DNA of 64,000 bases, from positions 5,673 through 69,672 of the forward strand of contig JAGCPK010000112.1 of NCBI GenBank assembly GCA_017965725.1, given 5' to 3'. The notes under the pieces are model-generated. The model was not told the DNA's origin. It did not search any database and saw only the letters and a program-made list of their open reading frames with translations. This document shows positions 20,946-30,717 of this stretch, piece by piece. The stretch is from Prevotella sp. Its GTDB lineage: Bacteria; Bacteroidota; Bacteroidia; Bacteroidales; Bacteroidaceae. Positions within the stretch are counted from its first letter, which is position 1. Each line of letters starts with the position of its first letter. Both the position numbers and the translations under genes were made by a program.

Positions 20946-21800
20946 ATGAAACTGAATTTAAAGAAGCCGCTGGTAATCTTCGACTTGGAGACGACAGGGC
21001 TCGATCTCGTGAAGTCACGGATTATTCAGATCTCATATATTAAGGTGCATCCCGACGGGCGTGAAGAGCGTGGCAACACGCTTGTCAACCCGGAGGAGCC
21101 TATCCCCCCGTTCGTCACACAGTTGACGGGCATCTCCAACGACGATGTGAAAGACAAGCCCACTTTCAAGCAGATAGCAGCAAAACTGGGTGAATTGTTT
21201 ACGGGCTGCGACTTCGCTGGATTCAACAGCAACGGCTACGACATACCCGTGTTGGCGGAGGAGTTTCTCAGGGCCGGTATTGACTTCGACTTCTCGAAGT
21301 GTCATATGATTGACGCAATGAACATATTCCGCAAGATGGAGCGTCGTAACCTGGCCGCTGCCTATAAATTCTACTGCGGACGGAAGATGGAGGACGACTT
21401 CGAAGCACACCGTGCCGACGAGGACACTGAAGCCACTTACCGGGTGTTGATGGGAGAACTGGACAAGTACGCCCCAGGAGCCAATCCCGACGAACCAGAG
21501 AAAGTGCTGGAGAACGACATGAATTTCCTGCATGAGTTCTCGAAGATGAACAACAATGTGGATTTTGCTGGGCGTATCGTGTGGTCGGAGGTAAAGGACG
21601 CCAATGGTGCCCCCGTTACAGATACCGACGGCAAACCGAAGATGATTGAGGTCTTTAATTTCGGGAAATATAAGGGAGTACCCGTCATCGATGTTCTGAA
21701 CAGGGATCCGGGCTACTACGGTTGGATATTACAAGGTGACTTCACCTATAATACGAAACAAGTGCTGACGCGCATCAGGTTGCGCGGAGTACAACACTGA
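20946..21800 (+). CDS. DEDDh 3'-5' exonuclease (Pol III epsilon-like)
   Basis: FDLETTG, AHRADED, C-terminal FGKYKG. Confidence 0.9.
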   Translation: MKLNLKKPLVIFDLETTGLDLVKSRIIQISYIKVHPDGREERGNTLVNPEEPIPPFVTQLTGISNDDVKDKPTFKQIAAKLGELFTGCDFAGFNSNGYDIPVLAEEFLRAGIDFDFSKCHMIDAMNIFRKMERRNLAAAYKFYCGRKMEDDFEAHRADEDTEATYRVLMGELDKYAPGANPDEPEKVLENDMNFLHEFSKMNNNVDFAGRIVWSEVKDANGAPVTDTDGKPKMIEVFNFGKYKGVPVIDVLNRDPGYYGWILQGDFTYNTKQVLTRIRLRGVQH

Positions 21801-21819
21801 TACAAGTGACAAGTGATTT

Positions 21820-22764
21820 GTGATGACTAATAAATACAGAAAATATATGATAAAATGTAGTCTCAGATTACTGGGACTACTGATCACTTATCACATGTCA
21901 CTTATCACTTCATTGGCGCAGGAACTGGAGATGAAGGTGACAGTGAACCACAGTCAGATACAGGGTACGGACGCCTCGGTGTTCGACAATCTGCAGAAGA
22001 CGCTGGAACAGTTTGTCAACGAACGCCAGTGGACAGACCTACAGTTCCAGCAGAACGAACGCATACAGTGCAATCTGAACATCACCGTGAGCAAATACGT
22101 GCGCGAGGAGAACCGTTTCGAGTGCTCGGCCATGATACAGGCCAACCGGCCAGTTTTCAACTCGACTTATAACTCTACCTTATATAATAATAAGGATAAC
22201 GACTTCCAGTTTGAGTTCGCAGAGTTCGATCAACTGAACTACAACGACGAGACGATAGACAACCAGTTGACGGCACTCATCGCCTACTATGCTTATCTTA
22301 TCATCGGTCTCGACCTCGACAGTTTCTCGCCTTTGGGCGGCAACGATATCCTGCAACGTTGTATGTACCTCGTTAACAACGCACAGAACCTCGGATTCCC
22401 AGGATGGAAATCGTTTGAGGACTCACGCAACCGCTTCGCACTCATCAATGACTATCTCGATGAGTCGATGAGACCCTTCCGACAGTTGCAGTATGATTAC
22501 TACCGCAAGGGCCTTGACGAGATGGCAAACAATGCAGAACGCGGACGCACGGAGATATCAACCACCCTGCAAGAAAACCTGAAAAAAGCCCACGACGACA
22601 AGCCCTTGAGTCTGTTGCCGCAGATATGGCTCGACTACAAAAAAGACGAACTGGCCAACATTTACAAAGGCAAAGGCACACAGAAAGAAAAGGAATCGCT
22701 ACACGAACTGTTGATGAGCATCAATGCCTCGCAGAGCACTACGTGGGAAAAGATTAGACAGTAA
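21820..22764 (+). CDS. DUF4835 family protein (T9SS PorD-like)
   Basis: AQELEMKVTVN, GLDLDSFSPLGG, YDYYRKGLD; position before recN. The start may be ATG 21847. Confidence 0.8.
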   Translation: MMTNKYRKYMIKCSLRLLGLLITYHMSLITSLAQELEMKVTVNHSQIQGTDASVFDNLQKTLEQFVNERQWTDLQFQQNERIQCNLNITVSKYVREENRFECSAMIQANRPVFNSTYNSTLYNNKDNDFQFEFAEFDQLNYNDETIDNQLTALIAYYAYLIIGLDLDSFSPLGGNDILQRCMYLVNNAQNLGFPGWKSFEDSRNRFALINDYLDESMRPFRQLQYDYYRKGLDEMANNAERGRTEISTTLQENLKKAHDDKPLSLLPQIWLDYKKDELANIYKGKGTQKEKESLHELLMSINASQSTTWEKIRQ

Positions 22765-24422
22765 TGCTAAAACACCTCTATATCAAGAACTTTACGCTGA
22801 TCGACACCCTCGACATCGAACTGCACCCAGGCTTCTCCGTGATGACTGGTGAGACGGGTGCAGGCAAGAGCATCATACTTGGAGCCATCGGACTGCTGTT
22901 GGGACAACGAGCCGACTCAAAGAGTATCATGCAGGGAGCCGAGAAATGTACCATCGAGGCGCACTTCGATCTCTCGCGCTACGATATGGAGTCTTTCTTT
23001 AACGAGAACGACATAGAATACGACGCAGAGGATTGCATCATCAGACGCGAACTGACGGCAGCAGGCAAGAGTCGCGCCTTCATCAACGACACACCCGTAC
23101 AACTCTCCATGCTCAAGGAACTCGGTGAGCGACTGGTGGATGTGCACTCACAACACCAAAACCTGTTGCTGAATAAACAGGACTTTCAGTTGAACGTGGT
23201 AGATATTATCGCCAACGATGCAAAGGAACTCGCACAATACCGTCAGACCTACGCCGACTACCAGGCAGTGACCAAAACCTTGGAGGCACTTCGTGAGGAT
23301 ATCGAACGTAACCGCCAGAATGCCGACTTCCTGCAATTCCAATACAATGAACTCTCAGCAGCCAATCTGAAGGATGGTGAACAAGAGGAACTGGAGCAAC
23401 AGAGTGACACGATGACCCATGCGGAAGACATCAAGAGTGCCCTCTACACCGCCGACAACGCCCTGCAAGCCGAGGGAACGGGTATCGTGGAATCTCTGCG
23501 CACTGCCATCTCTGCCCTCAAAGGCATCAGCCATGTCTTTCCTCAGACCAATGAACTGACAGAGCGCATGGACAGCACTTTCATTGAACTAAAGGATATT
23601 GCCCAAGAGATTGGCGGACAGTTGGAGAAGGTGGATTTCGACCCTGCGGAACTGGATGCTGTGAACAACAGGCTCGACAGGCTCTACGACTTACAGAAGA
23701 AATACCATGCTAACAGCATCGATGAACTCATCAGCCAGCGTGACGAACTCAAGAAAAAACTCTGTAACATAGAGAACATCGATGAGGCACTGGCAGAGAT
23801 GCAGCAGAAAGTGGACGAACTGAAGGCACGCTGCGAGAAAGAGGCACAGTCACTCACAAAACTGCGCACGAAAGCCGCCAAACAGATAGAACAGGAGATG
23901 CAACAGAGGCTTATCCCACTGGGGATGCCCAACGTGCGTTTCCAGATCAGCATGAATCAGGAGGCACTCGGCAAAAATGGACAGGACAAGGCTTCGTTCC
24001 TTTTCAGTGCCAACGCCTCCACCCCACTCCAACCTGTATCGCAGGTGGCCTCTGGCGGTGAGATTGCCCGTGTGATGCTCTCGCTGAAGGCTATGATCAG
24101 CGGCGCCGTAAAACTGCCTACCATCATTTTCGACGAGATAGACACTGGTGTAAGTGGTAAGATAGCCGAGAAGATGGCAGAGATCATGCAGGAGATGGGT
24201 GCCCACGAACGACAGGTGATTAGCATCACCCATCTGCCACAGATAGCAGCCCTCGGCACCACCCACTACCGTGTGTCGAAGGAAGAAACGAAGCAAGGCA
24301 CCACCAGTCACATGACGGAACTGTCTCCCGACGAGCGCATCACAGAGATTGCCCAGATGCTCAGCGGTAGTGACGTGTCGGAAGCCGCTATACAAAATGC
24401 AAAACAATTATTACGATTATGA
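22764..24422 (+). CDS. recN: DNA repair protein RecN
   Basis: TGETGAGKS, ASGGE, FDEIDTG, ITHLPQIA. Confidence 0.96.
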   Translation: MLKHLYIKNFTLIDTLDIELHPGFSVMTGETGAGKSIILGAIGLLLGQRADSKSIMQGAEKCTIEAHFDLSRYDMESFFNENDIEYDAEDCIIRRELTAAGKSRAFINDTPVQLSMLKELGERLVDVHSQHQNLLLNKQDFQLNVVDIIANDAKELAQYRQTYADYQAVTKTLEALREDIERNRQNADFLQFQYNELSAANLKDGEQEELEQQSDTMTHAEDIKSALYTADNALQAEGTGIVESLRTAISALKGISHVFPQTNELTERMDSTFIELKDIAQEIGGQLEKVDFDPAELDAVNNRLDRLYDLQKKYHANSIDELISQRDELKKKLCNIENIDEALAEMQQKVDELKARCEKEAQSLTKLRTKAAKQIEQEMQQRLIPLGMPNVRFQISMNQEALGKNGQDKASFLFSANASTPLQPVSQVASGGEIARVMLSLKAMISGAVKLPTIIFDEIDTGVSGKIAEKMAEIMQEMGAHERQVISITHLPQIAALGTTHYRVSKEETKQGTTSHMTELSPDERITEIAQMLSGSDVSEAAIQNAKQLLRL

Positions 24423-26092
24423 AGAAGATTATATTAATACTATTCACTATTCACTGTTCTCTATTCACTTCTTTCGCTCAACCCAGTTGGGTGAAGAAAG
24501 CCACAAAGTCCGTCTTCACCGTGAAGACCTTCAATGCCGACGGTTCGCTGATAGGCAGTACTAACGGCTTTTTTGTGGGAACAGAGGGCGAGGCCGTCAG
24601 CACCTTCGCACCCTTCAAGGGAGCCACCCGTGCCATCATCATTGATGCAGCAGGTAAAGAGATGAATGTCAGCGCCATTATGGGTGCCAACGATATGTAT
24701 GACGTGGTGAAGTTCCGTGTGGAAACGAACAAGTCGCAACCGCTCACCATCGCCACTACAATAACGCCAGAGGGCAGCATGGTATGGCTCCTGCCCTATC
24801 GCGAAACGAAAGTGGTAAATAGTTTCCCTATCCGCAAGGCACAGACCTTCCAGTCGGAGTATGGCTACTACACGCTGGCCATGCAGACTCCGGAGACGGC
24901 AGTGAGTTGTCCATTGATGAACGAAGCCGGTGAGGTAATCGGTATCCTGCAACAGCCTGTCTCCGCCACCGACACACTGAACTATGCTGTCAGCGCACGC
25001 TTTGCTGACTCTCTGAAGGTGACGGGACTTAGTCTGAACGACCCCACGCTGAAACTTACAAATATTAAGAAGGAACTGCCCAACAGCCTGAATGAAGCCA
25101 ACCTGTTGATCTATATGGCAGCCTCATCTACCGACTCAGCTTCCTACGTCGGATTGGTGGAGGACTTTATACAGAAATTCCCAGACGTCTCTGACGGCTA
25201 CCTCTACCGTGCGGAACTCGCTGCAGGCAATGCTGATTACGACGTAGCGGACCGTGAATTCCAGACAGCTATCAAGAAGGCTGATAAGAAAGACGACCCT
25301 CTATTTATCAGGGCTCGTACCATCTACAACAAAGAAGTCTATCAGAACGACAAGCCCTACGAGGGATGGACACTCGACAAAGCCCTTTCTGATATCCAAG
25401 AGGCTTATAGCATCAATCCCTTACCCGGCTACCGCCAGTTGGAAGGAAACATCCTCTTCGCTCAGAAGAAATATGATGATGCCTACAACATCTTTACCAG
25501 TCTAACGTCGGAGAATACCATCATCGACAAGGCAGAGATATGGTACGGCGCCTCACGTTGCAAGGAGATGCTGAAAGACACCACCGCTATGCTTGCCCTA
25601 CTCGACAGTGCCGTATGCACCTTCAGCAAACCCTATCTCAAACAGGCTGCGCCCTACCTCTGGACACGTGGCAATGCACGTTTCGACGCAGGCAGATACC
25701 GTGATGCAGTGGCTGACTTCAACGAATACGAGCAGTTGATGGCGGCACAGGTGAACGCCCGATTCTATTATATCCGTCACCAGGCAGAGATTGAGGGACG
25801 CCTCTACCAGCAGGCTCTCAACGACATCAGCAAGGCCATTCAGATGGAACCACAGGAAACATTCTATTACGCAGAAAAAGCCTCGTTACAAATTCGGGTG
25901 GGTCAACTTGATGAAGCCATTCAGACCGCAGAGGAGATTATCGCCTTGGAACCAGAAGGTAGTAACGGCTACCTGTTCAAAGGACTTGCGCAGTGTCTTA
26001 AAGGGAATAAAAAAGAGGGAATACCCAACCTAGAGAAAGCAAAGGACATTGGCGACCCGCAGGCCGAAGGACTGATTGAGAAATACAAATGA
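24419..26092 (+). CDS. Exported trypsin-like fold (catalytic residues not evident) plus TPR protein
   Basis: GFFV and PLMNEAGEVIGI trypsin-like motifs; C-terminal TPRs. Confidence 0.8.
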   Translation: MKKIILILFTIHCSLFTSFAQPSWVKKATKSVFTVKTFNADGSLIGSTNGFFVGTEGEAVSTFAPFKGATRAIIIDAAGKEMNVSAIMGANDMYDVVKFRVETNKSQPLTIATTITPEGSMVWLLPYRETKVVNSFPIRKAQTFQSEYGYYTLAMQTPETAVSCPLMNEAGEVIGILQQPVSATDTLNYAVSARFADSLKVTGLSLNDPTLKLTNIKKELPNSLNEANLLIYMAASSTDSASYVGLVEDFIQKFPDVSDGYLYRAELAAGNADYDVADREFQTAIKKADKKDDPLFIRARTIYNKEVYQNDKPYEGWTLDKALSDIQEAYSINPLPGYRQLEGNILFAQKKYDDAYNIFTSLTSENTIIDKAEIWYGASRCKEMLKDTTAMLALLDSAVCTFSKPYLKQAAPYLWTRGNARFDAGRYRDAVADFNEYEQLMAAQVNARFYYIRHQAEIEGRLYQQALNDISKAIQMEPQETFYYAEKASLQIRVGQLDEAIQTAEEIIALEPEGSNGYLFKGLAQCLKGNKKEGIPNLEKAKDIGDPQAEGLIEKYK

Positions 26093-26182
26093 TTAAGCAG
26101 GCTTATCACTGCTCTTTTGCTTAACGAAATTACGGCAGGATATCATTGTCATGCCGCAGATGAAGATGGCGGCGAACACCTA

Positions 26183-26216
26183 GTTCTTGGCTATGCCATA
26201 CGGCAAAGCCAAGAAC
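26183..26216. terminator. Hairpin between convergent genes
   Basis: gttcttggctatgcc/ggcaaagccaagaac. Confidence 0.65.
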
Positions 26217-26248
26217 ATAATCTTTTTTATTTTTGTTTTGATTCTAAT

Positions 26249-26719
26249 TTAGTCCAATGGTATCTCAGGGTGCTGCACGGCCAGAGGCATATCCTTCTGC
26301 GAGAGGTAGAACATGTAGAGGATGACGGGTTTCGAGCCTCGGTTCTCGCCGTGGTGAATGGTGTTCACCATCTCTACGACAGCCTCACCCTCATGCACTG
26401 TCTTCTCCTTGCCGTCCTGTCCGATGATGGTCAGTTCGCCCTGCACCAGCACACCGTAGTTCATCACGGGATGGTGGTGCCAGCCTAACTTCTGACCGGC
26501 GGGGAACACATACTTCACGGCTACCAATTCGGGGCGCCCCTGCAGGTAGTCAGGCAGTTCAACGCCGTCCCAACTCTGGCTGGTACGAATCAGTTCTTCA
26601 CTCGACACCGTCTGGACGGGATTGTCTTCATTGGCTTTCGCTTCCTTACAACTTGTCATGAAGGTCGTTGTACCGCAAACGAGGGTGGCGGCAAGCACCC
26701 AAATCATCATCTTCTTCAT
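26249..26719 (-). CDS. Cupin-domain lipoprotein
   Basis: Leader ending MTSC; WHHHP...YGVLVQGEL...IHHGEN cupin motifs. Confidence 0.85.
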   Translation of the reverse strand: MKKMMIWVLAATLVCGTTTFMTSCKEAKANEDNPVQTVSSEELIRTSQSWDGVELPDYLQGRPELVAVKYVFPAGQKLGWHHHPVMNYGVLVQGELTIIGQDGKEKTVHEGEAVVEMVNTIHHGENRGSKPVILYMFYLSQKDMPLAVQHPEIPLD

Positions 26720-26746
26720 TGTCTTGTTTTTAATTTTTATCTGATA

Positions 26747-28297
26747 TTAGAAAGGTGTCGGCCCCTCGGGCGGCGGCATCTGCAGATGGCTGAAGGGATC
26801 GTTCTCATCATCTATAGGAGGCTGATTATTGCCATTGACCTTCGAGCCACGAATCTCACCACCCATATCTTGTTTCTTGCTACGACCCAATTGCGAATCC
26901 TCCGGATTCTCAAAACGGGTGAACTCGCCACGGAAGTTCAGCAGCACGTCGCCCGTCGCACCCTTACGGTGTTTGGCAATGATGATCTGTGCCATACCGC
27001 GCAGGTCGCGTCCGTTCTCGTCCTGATAGATATGATAGTACTCCGGACGATGAACAAACAGCACCATATCCGCATCCTGCTCAATGGCTCCCGACTCACG
27101 CAGGTCAGAGAGTTGCGGACGTTTGCCCTCCAACCCCTCACGGGCCTCCACACCACGATTCAACTGACTCAGAGCGAGGATGGGGATGTTCAAGTCTTTA
27201 GCCAGACTCTTCAGTGAGCGCGAGATGGTAGAGACCTCTTCCTGACGAGAAGAGAAGCGCATGCCATTGGCATTCATCAACTGCAGGTAGTCGATCATGA
27301 TAATCTTCACGCCATGCTCACGCATCAGACGACGGGCCTTCGTGCTCAACTCGAACACCGAAAGACCTGGGGTGTCATCCACATAGAGGGGTGCATCGAG
27401 AAGGGTGTTCAACTGCTTGTCCAGACGGTCAAGTTCATCGGGTTGCAATTGTCCGTTCTGTATCTTCGTACCACTGATCTCACAGGCATTGGAGATGAGA
27501 CGGTTCACCAACTGCATGTTCGACATCTCGAGTGAGAAGAACGCCATCGGCACCCTATTGTTAGCAGCGATGTTCTTTGCCATGGAGAGAGCAAACGAGG
27601 TCTTACCCATCGCAGGACGTCCGGCAATGATGACAAGATCGGAGGCCTGCCAGCCAGAAGTGATGGCATCGAGTTTATAGTAACCCGAGGACACACCCGT
27701 CATTCCGCCCTTGTTAGCATAGGCCTTCATCAGCGTCTTCACAGCCTGATCAATCACAGGATTAATCTGCGTGTAGTCCTTCTTCATGTTACGCTGACTC
27801 AGTTCGAAGAGAGAGCCCTCAGCTTCCTGCATCAGGTCATCTACGTCGATGGTCTCGTCGAAGGCTTTTGTCTGAATGTTGCTGGTAAAGGAAATGAGTT
27901 GACGGGCAAGGGATTTCTGTGCGATGATGCTTGCATGATACTCGACATTAGCCGACGATGCCACACGCGAGGTAAGTTCCGCGATATAGGCTGGTCCGCC
28001 CACCTCATCGAGATTGCCATCCTTCGACAGACGGTCTGTCACTGTGAGCATATCCACAGGTTTCTCTGCCATCGCCAGATCACGGATGGCAGCATACACC
28101 ATCTGGTTGCGCGGCTCATAAAAACTCTCGGGACGAAGCAACTCACAGACCACAGCGTAAGCGTCCTTGTCAATCATCAGGGCTCCCAACACAGCCTTCT
28201 CCACATCGGGAGCCTGCGGCTGCAAATGTCCGTAAGTATTATCTACGGGCTGTTGCCTGCGGGCCTTTCGGCGGTTATTGTTATCTTGTTCTGCCAT
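26747..28297 (-). CDS. dnaB: Replicative DNA helicase
   Basis: GRPAMGKT, IDYLQL, LSQLNR, DLRESGAIEQDAD; no intein. Confidence 0.97.
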   Translation of the reverse strand: MAEQDNNNRRKARRQQPVDNTYGHLQPQAPDVEKAVLGALMIDKDAYAVVCELLRPESFYEPRNQMVYAAIRDLAMAEKPVDMLTVTDRLSKDGNLDEVGGPAYIAELTSRVASSANVEYHASIIAQKSLARQLISFTSNIQTKAFDETIDVDDLMQEAEGSLFELSQRNMKKDYTQINPVIDQAVKTLMKAYANKGGMTGVSSGYYKLDAITSGWQASDLVIIAGRPAMGKTSFALSMAKNIAANNRVPMAFFSLEMSNMQLVNRLISNACEISGTKIQNGQLQPDELDRLDKQLNTLLDAPLYVDDTPGLSVFELSTKARRLMREHGVKIIMIDYLQLMNANGMRFSSRQEEVSTISRSLKSLAKDLNIPILALSQLNRGVEAREGLEGKRPQLSDLRESGAIEQDADMVLFVHRPEYYHIYQDENGRDLRGMAQIIIAKHRKGATGDVLLNFRGEFTRFENPEDSQLGRSKKQDMGGEIRGSKVNGNNQPPIDDENDPFSHLQMPPPEGPTPF

Positions 28298-28442
28298 ATT
28301 TCTTTTAGGTTTGGGTTGCAAAGATACAAATTATTTTTCACTTATCACTCATCACTCATCAATTTTTTATTTCAGCATTATCTTATTTTTCAGTCACCAT
28401 GATGGTATCTACGAAGAACTGCCATCCGTAAAAAGATACTGA

Positions 28443-28569
28443 GCCTGAGATACGGTTTAGGTCATACCCCGGTGGGGGAAATTGTGCCAGAAATTCTGGC
28501 AAGCCATACCCCAGGGGGTAAAACCTTGCCTGAGATTCAGGGCAGACTTTTGCAGGGTGGTAAACGTTT
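28443..28569. repeat. Degenerate 42-bp tandem repeat (3 units) in the dnaB/ispE divergent region
   Basis: Units at 28443, 28486 and 28528 start gcc(t/a)ga(g/a)at; units 2 and 3 are about 26/42 identical. Confidence 0.6.
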
Positions 28570-28627
28570 TCTCGCTTTGGCAAAAGAAATATTTGGCTAT
28601 TCGGAAGATTTTAATTATCTTTGCAGC

Positions 28628-29461
28628 ATGATAACATTTCCTATAGCAAAGATCAACCTCGGGCTCAACGTAGTTGAAAAGAGACCCGACGGTTATCACA
28701 ACCTCGAGACGGTGTTCTACCCCGTCAGGATCAAGGATGCGCTGGAGGTCTTTGAGATGGCTCCCGACTTCCCATCGCCTGTTGATTGCGACCTGAAAGT
28801 GACGAATATCCGTATTGAGGGCGACGAGCAGAAAAACCTCGTGGTACGCGCCTATAATCTATTGAAGCAGGACTTCCCCACCCTCCCGCGCGTACACGCG
28901 CATTTATATAAAGGTATCCCGACACAGGCAGGTATGGGGGGAGGCTCCAGCGACTGTGGCTATATGATTACCTTACTCAACGAGATGTTCCGCCTCGGAC
29001 TCTCTGAACAGCAGATGATTGACTATGCTGCCCGTCTCGGAGCCGATTGTGCGTTCTTCATCGGCAGTCGTCCAACGTACGCTGAGGGCATTGGCGAAAA
29101 ACTACACCCCATTGACCTTGACCTGAGTGGCTGGTATATCGCCATAGTGCGCCCCGCCATCCCAGTGCCTACGAAGGAAGCCTTCTCACTGATCCACCCG
29201 CACCATCCCGCAAAGAACTGTCGTGATATCGTGATGCAACCCGTAGAGACCTGGCGCGGAGAACTTGTCAATGATTTCGAACAGAGTGTCTTCAGTCTCC
29301 ATCCTGAAATTGGGGCCATCAAGGACCGGCTCTATGAAATGGGAGCCGCCTATGCAGCCATGTCTGGCAGTGGCTCTTCGCTCTTCGGCCTTTTCCATCA
29401 ACCCGTCACACTCGACGCGTTTGATGCCGAAGGGACTTTCAAGACTTGTCTGCCGTTATAA
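28628..29461 (+). CDS. ispE: 4-diphosphocytidyl-2-C-methyl-D-erythritol kinase
   Basis: AKINLGL, PTQAGMGGGSSD, MSGSGS; -7 box at 28617. Confidence 0.95.
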   Translation: MITFPIAKINLGLNVVEKRPDGYHNLETVFYPVRIKDALEVFEMAPDFPSPVDCDLKVTNIRIEGDEQKNLVVRAYNLLKQDFPTLPRVHAHLYKGIPTQAGMGGGSSDCGYMITLLNEMFRLGLSEQQMIDYAARLGADCAFFIGSRPTYAEGIGEKLHPIDLDLSGWYIAIVRPAIPVPTKEAFSLIHPHHPAKNCRDIVMQPVETWRGELVNDFEQSVFSLHPEIGAIKDRLYEMGAAYAAMSGSGSSLFGLFHQPVTLDAFDAEGTFKTCLPL

Positions 29462-29482
29462 TCCCATCATCGTTTGTGATAT

Positions 29483-29516
29483 AAAAGTGGGCTCGCGATT
29501 CTCATCGAGAGCCCAC
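29483..29516. terminator. Terminator between ispE and galE
   Basis: gtgggctc...gagcccac stem. Confidence 0.65.
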
Positions 29517-29560
29517 AACAACACAAACACAAAATACGGTTCATAACGAACCGCTATATC

Positions 29561-30601
29561 TTACTGAATGCCGTCCTCGCGCAGTTTCTCCTGCCACTTC
29601 CAAGCACTCTTCAGCACTTCCTCTGTAGGCGTGTCGGCCTTCCAGCCCAACACTTTATTGGCCTTATCAACATTGCCCCACACCTGCTCAATATCTCCTG
29701 CACGACGCGGTGCGTATGTCCAGTTCACCTTCACACCTGTTGCCTTCTCAAAGCCCTGAACCACCTCAAGCGTAGATAGTCCTTTACCCGTACCGATGTT
29801 GAAGATCTCCACAGCATCCGTATCAGGCTGGTCGAGCACCCGCTCCATCGCCTTCACATGAGCCTTCGCCAAATCCACCACATAGATATAGTCGCGGATA
29901 CAGGTATGGTCGGGAGTGTTATAGTCATTGCCAAAAATCTTCAACTGCTGACGGATACCCATAGCCGTCTGCGTGACAAACGGAATCAAGTTCATGGGAA
30001 CGCCATTGGGCAGTTCACCAATCAGAGCAGAGGGATGTGCACCAATGGGGTTGAAGTAGCGCAGGATAATGCTCTTGATGGGGGCGCCAGAATGAATATA
30101 GTCGTGAATTATCTCCTCGTTGATCTGCTTCGTGTTGCCGTAGGGCGACATTGCTTTCTGAACAGGTGCATCTTCAGTCACAGGCAGATACTCCTGCGAA
30201 GGCTGGCCATAGACGGTACAACTCGACGAGAAGATGATGCCCTTCACGTCATACTTCGGCATCAACTCCAACAGATTGATGAGCGACACGAGGTTGTTAC
30301 GGTAGTACATCAACGGTTTCTCCACACTCTCGCCCACTGCCTTCGAAGCGGCAAAGTGGATAATGCCCTCAATCTTCGGATATTTCTTGAACACGCCTTC
30401 AAGGGCTTCCATATCGCAACAATCAACCTGCTCGAAAGCGGGCTTCTGACCTGTAATCTTCTCAATACCGTCAAGCACATTCAAATTTGAATTCGAAAGG
30501 TTGTCGATAATCACCACCTCGTAACCTGCCTCTTGCAGTTCCACGGTAGTATGACTTCCGATGAAGCCCGTACCGCCAGTTACCAGAATTGTCTGTTTCA
30601 T
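29561..30601 (-). CDS. galE: UDP-glucose 4-epimerase
   Basis: GGTGFIGSH, YGNTK, LRYFNP. Confidence 0.95.
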   Translation of the reverse strand: MKQTILVTGGTGFIGSHTTVELQEAGYEVVIIDNLSNSNLNVLDGIEKITGQKPAFEQVDCCDMEALEGVFKKYPKIEGIIHFAASKAVGESVEKPLMYYRNNLVSLINLLELMPKYDVKGIIFSSSCTVYGQPSQEYLPVTEDAPVQKAMSPYGNTKQINEEIIHDYIHSGAPIKSIILRYFNPIGAHPSALIGELPNGVPMNLIPFVTQTAMGIRQQLKIFGNDYNTPDHTCIRDYIYVVDLAKAHVKAMERVLDQPDTDAVEIFNIGTGKGLSTLEVVQGFEKATGVKVNWTYAPRRAGDIEQVWGNVDKANKVLGWKADTPTEEVLKSAWKWQEKLREDGIQ

Positions 30602-30717
30602 GATAAGTATATTTTATTTTTTATTTCAAAGTTGCAAATTTACATATTTCCCACGATTCCACCAAACAAATCTTCCCTTTTCTTCTCCCCGAAGCCTAAA
30701 ACCACATAGAGAACTCC

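Noticed and set aside
28472-28627. N-terminal extensions from the ORF track (ispE, also rpoD, dnaN, kdgK, eda, DUF4375)
   Set aside because: They run through promoter boxes or intergenic DNA; downstream ATGs match the family starts
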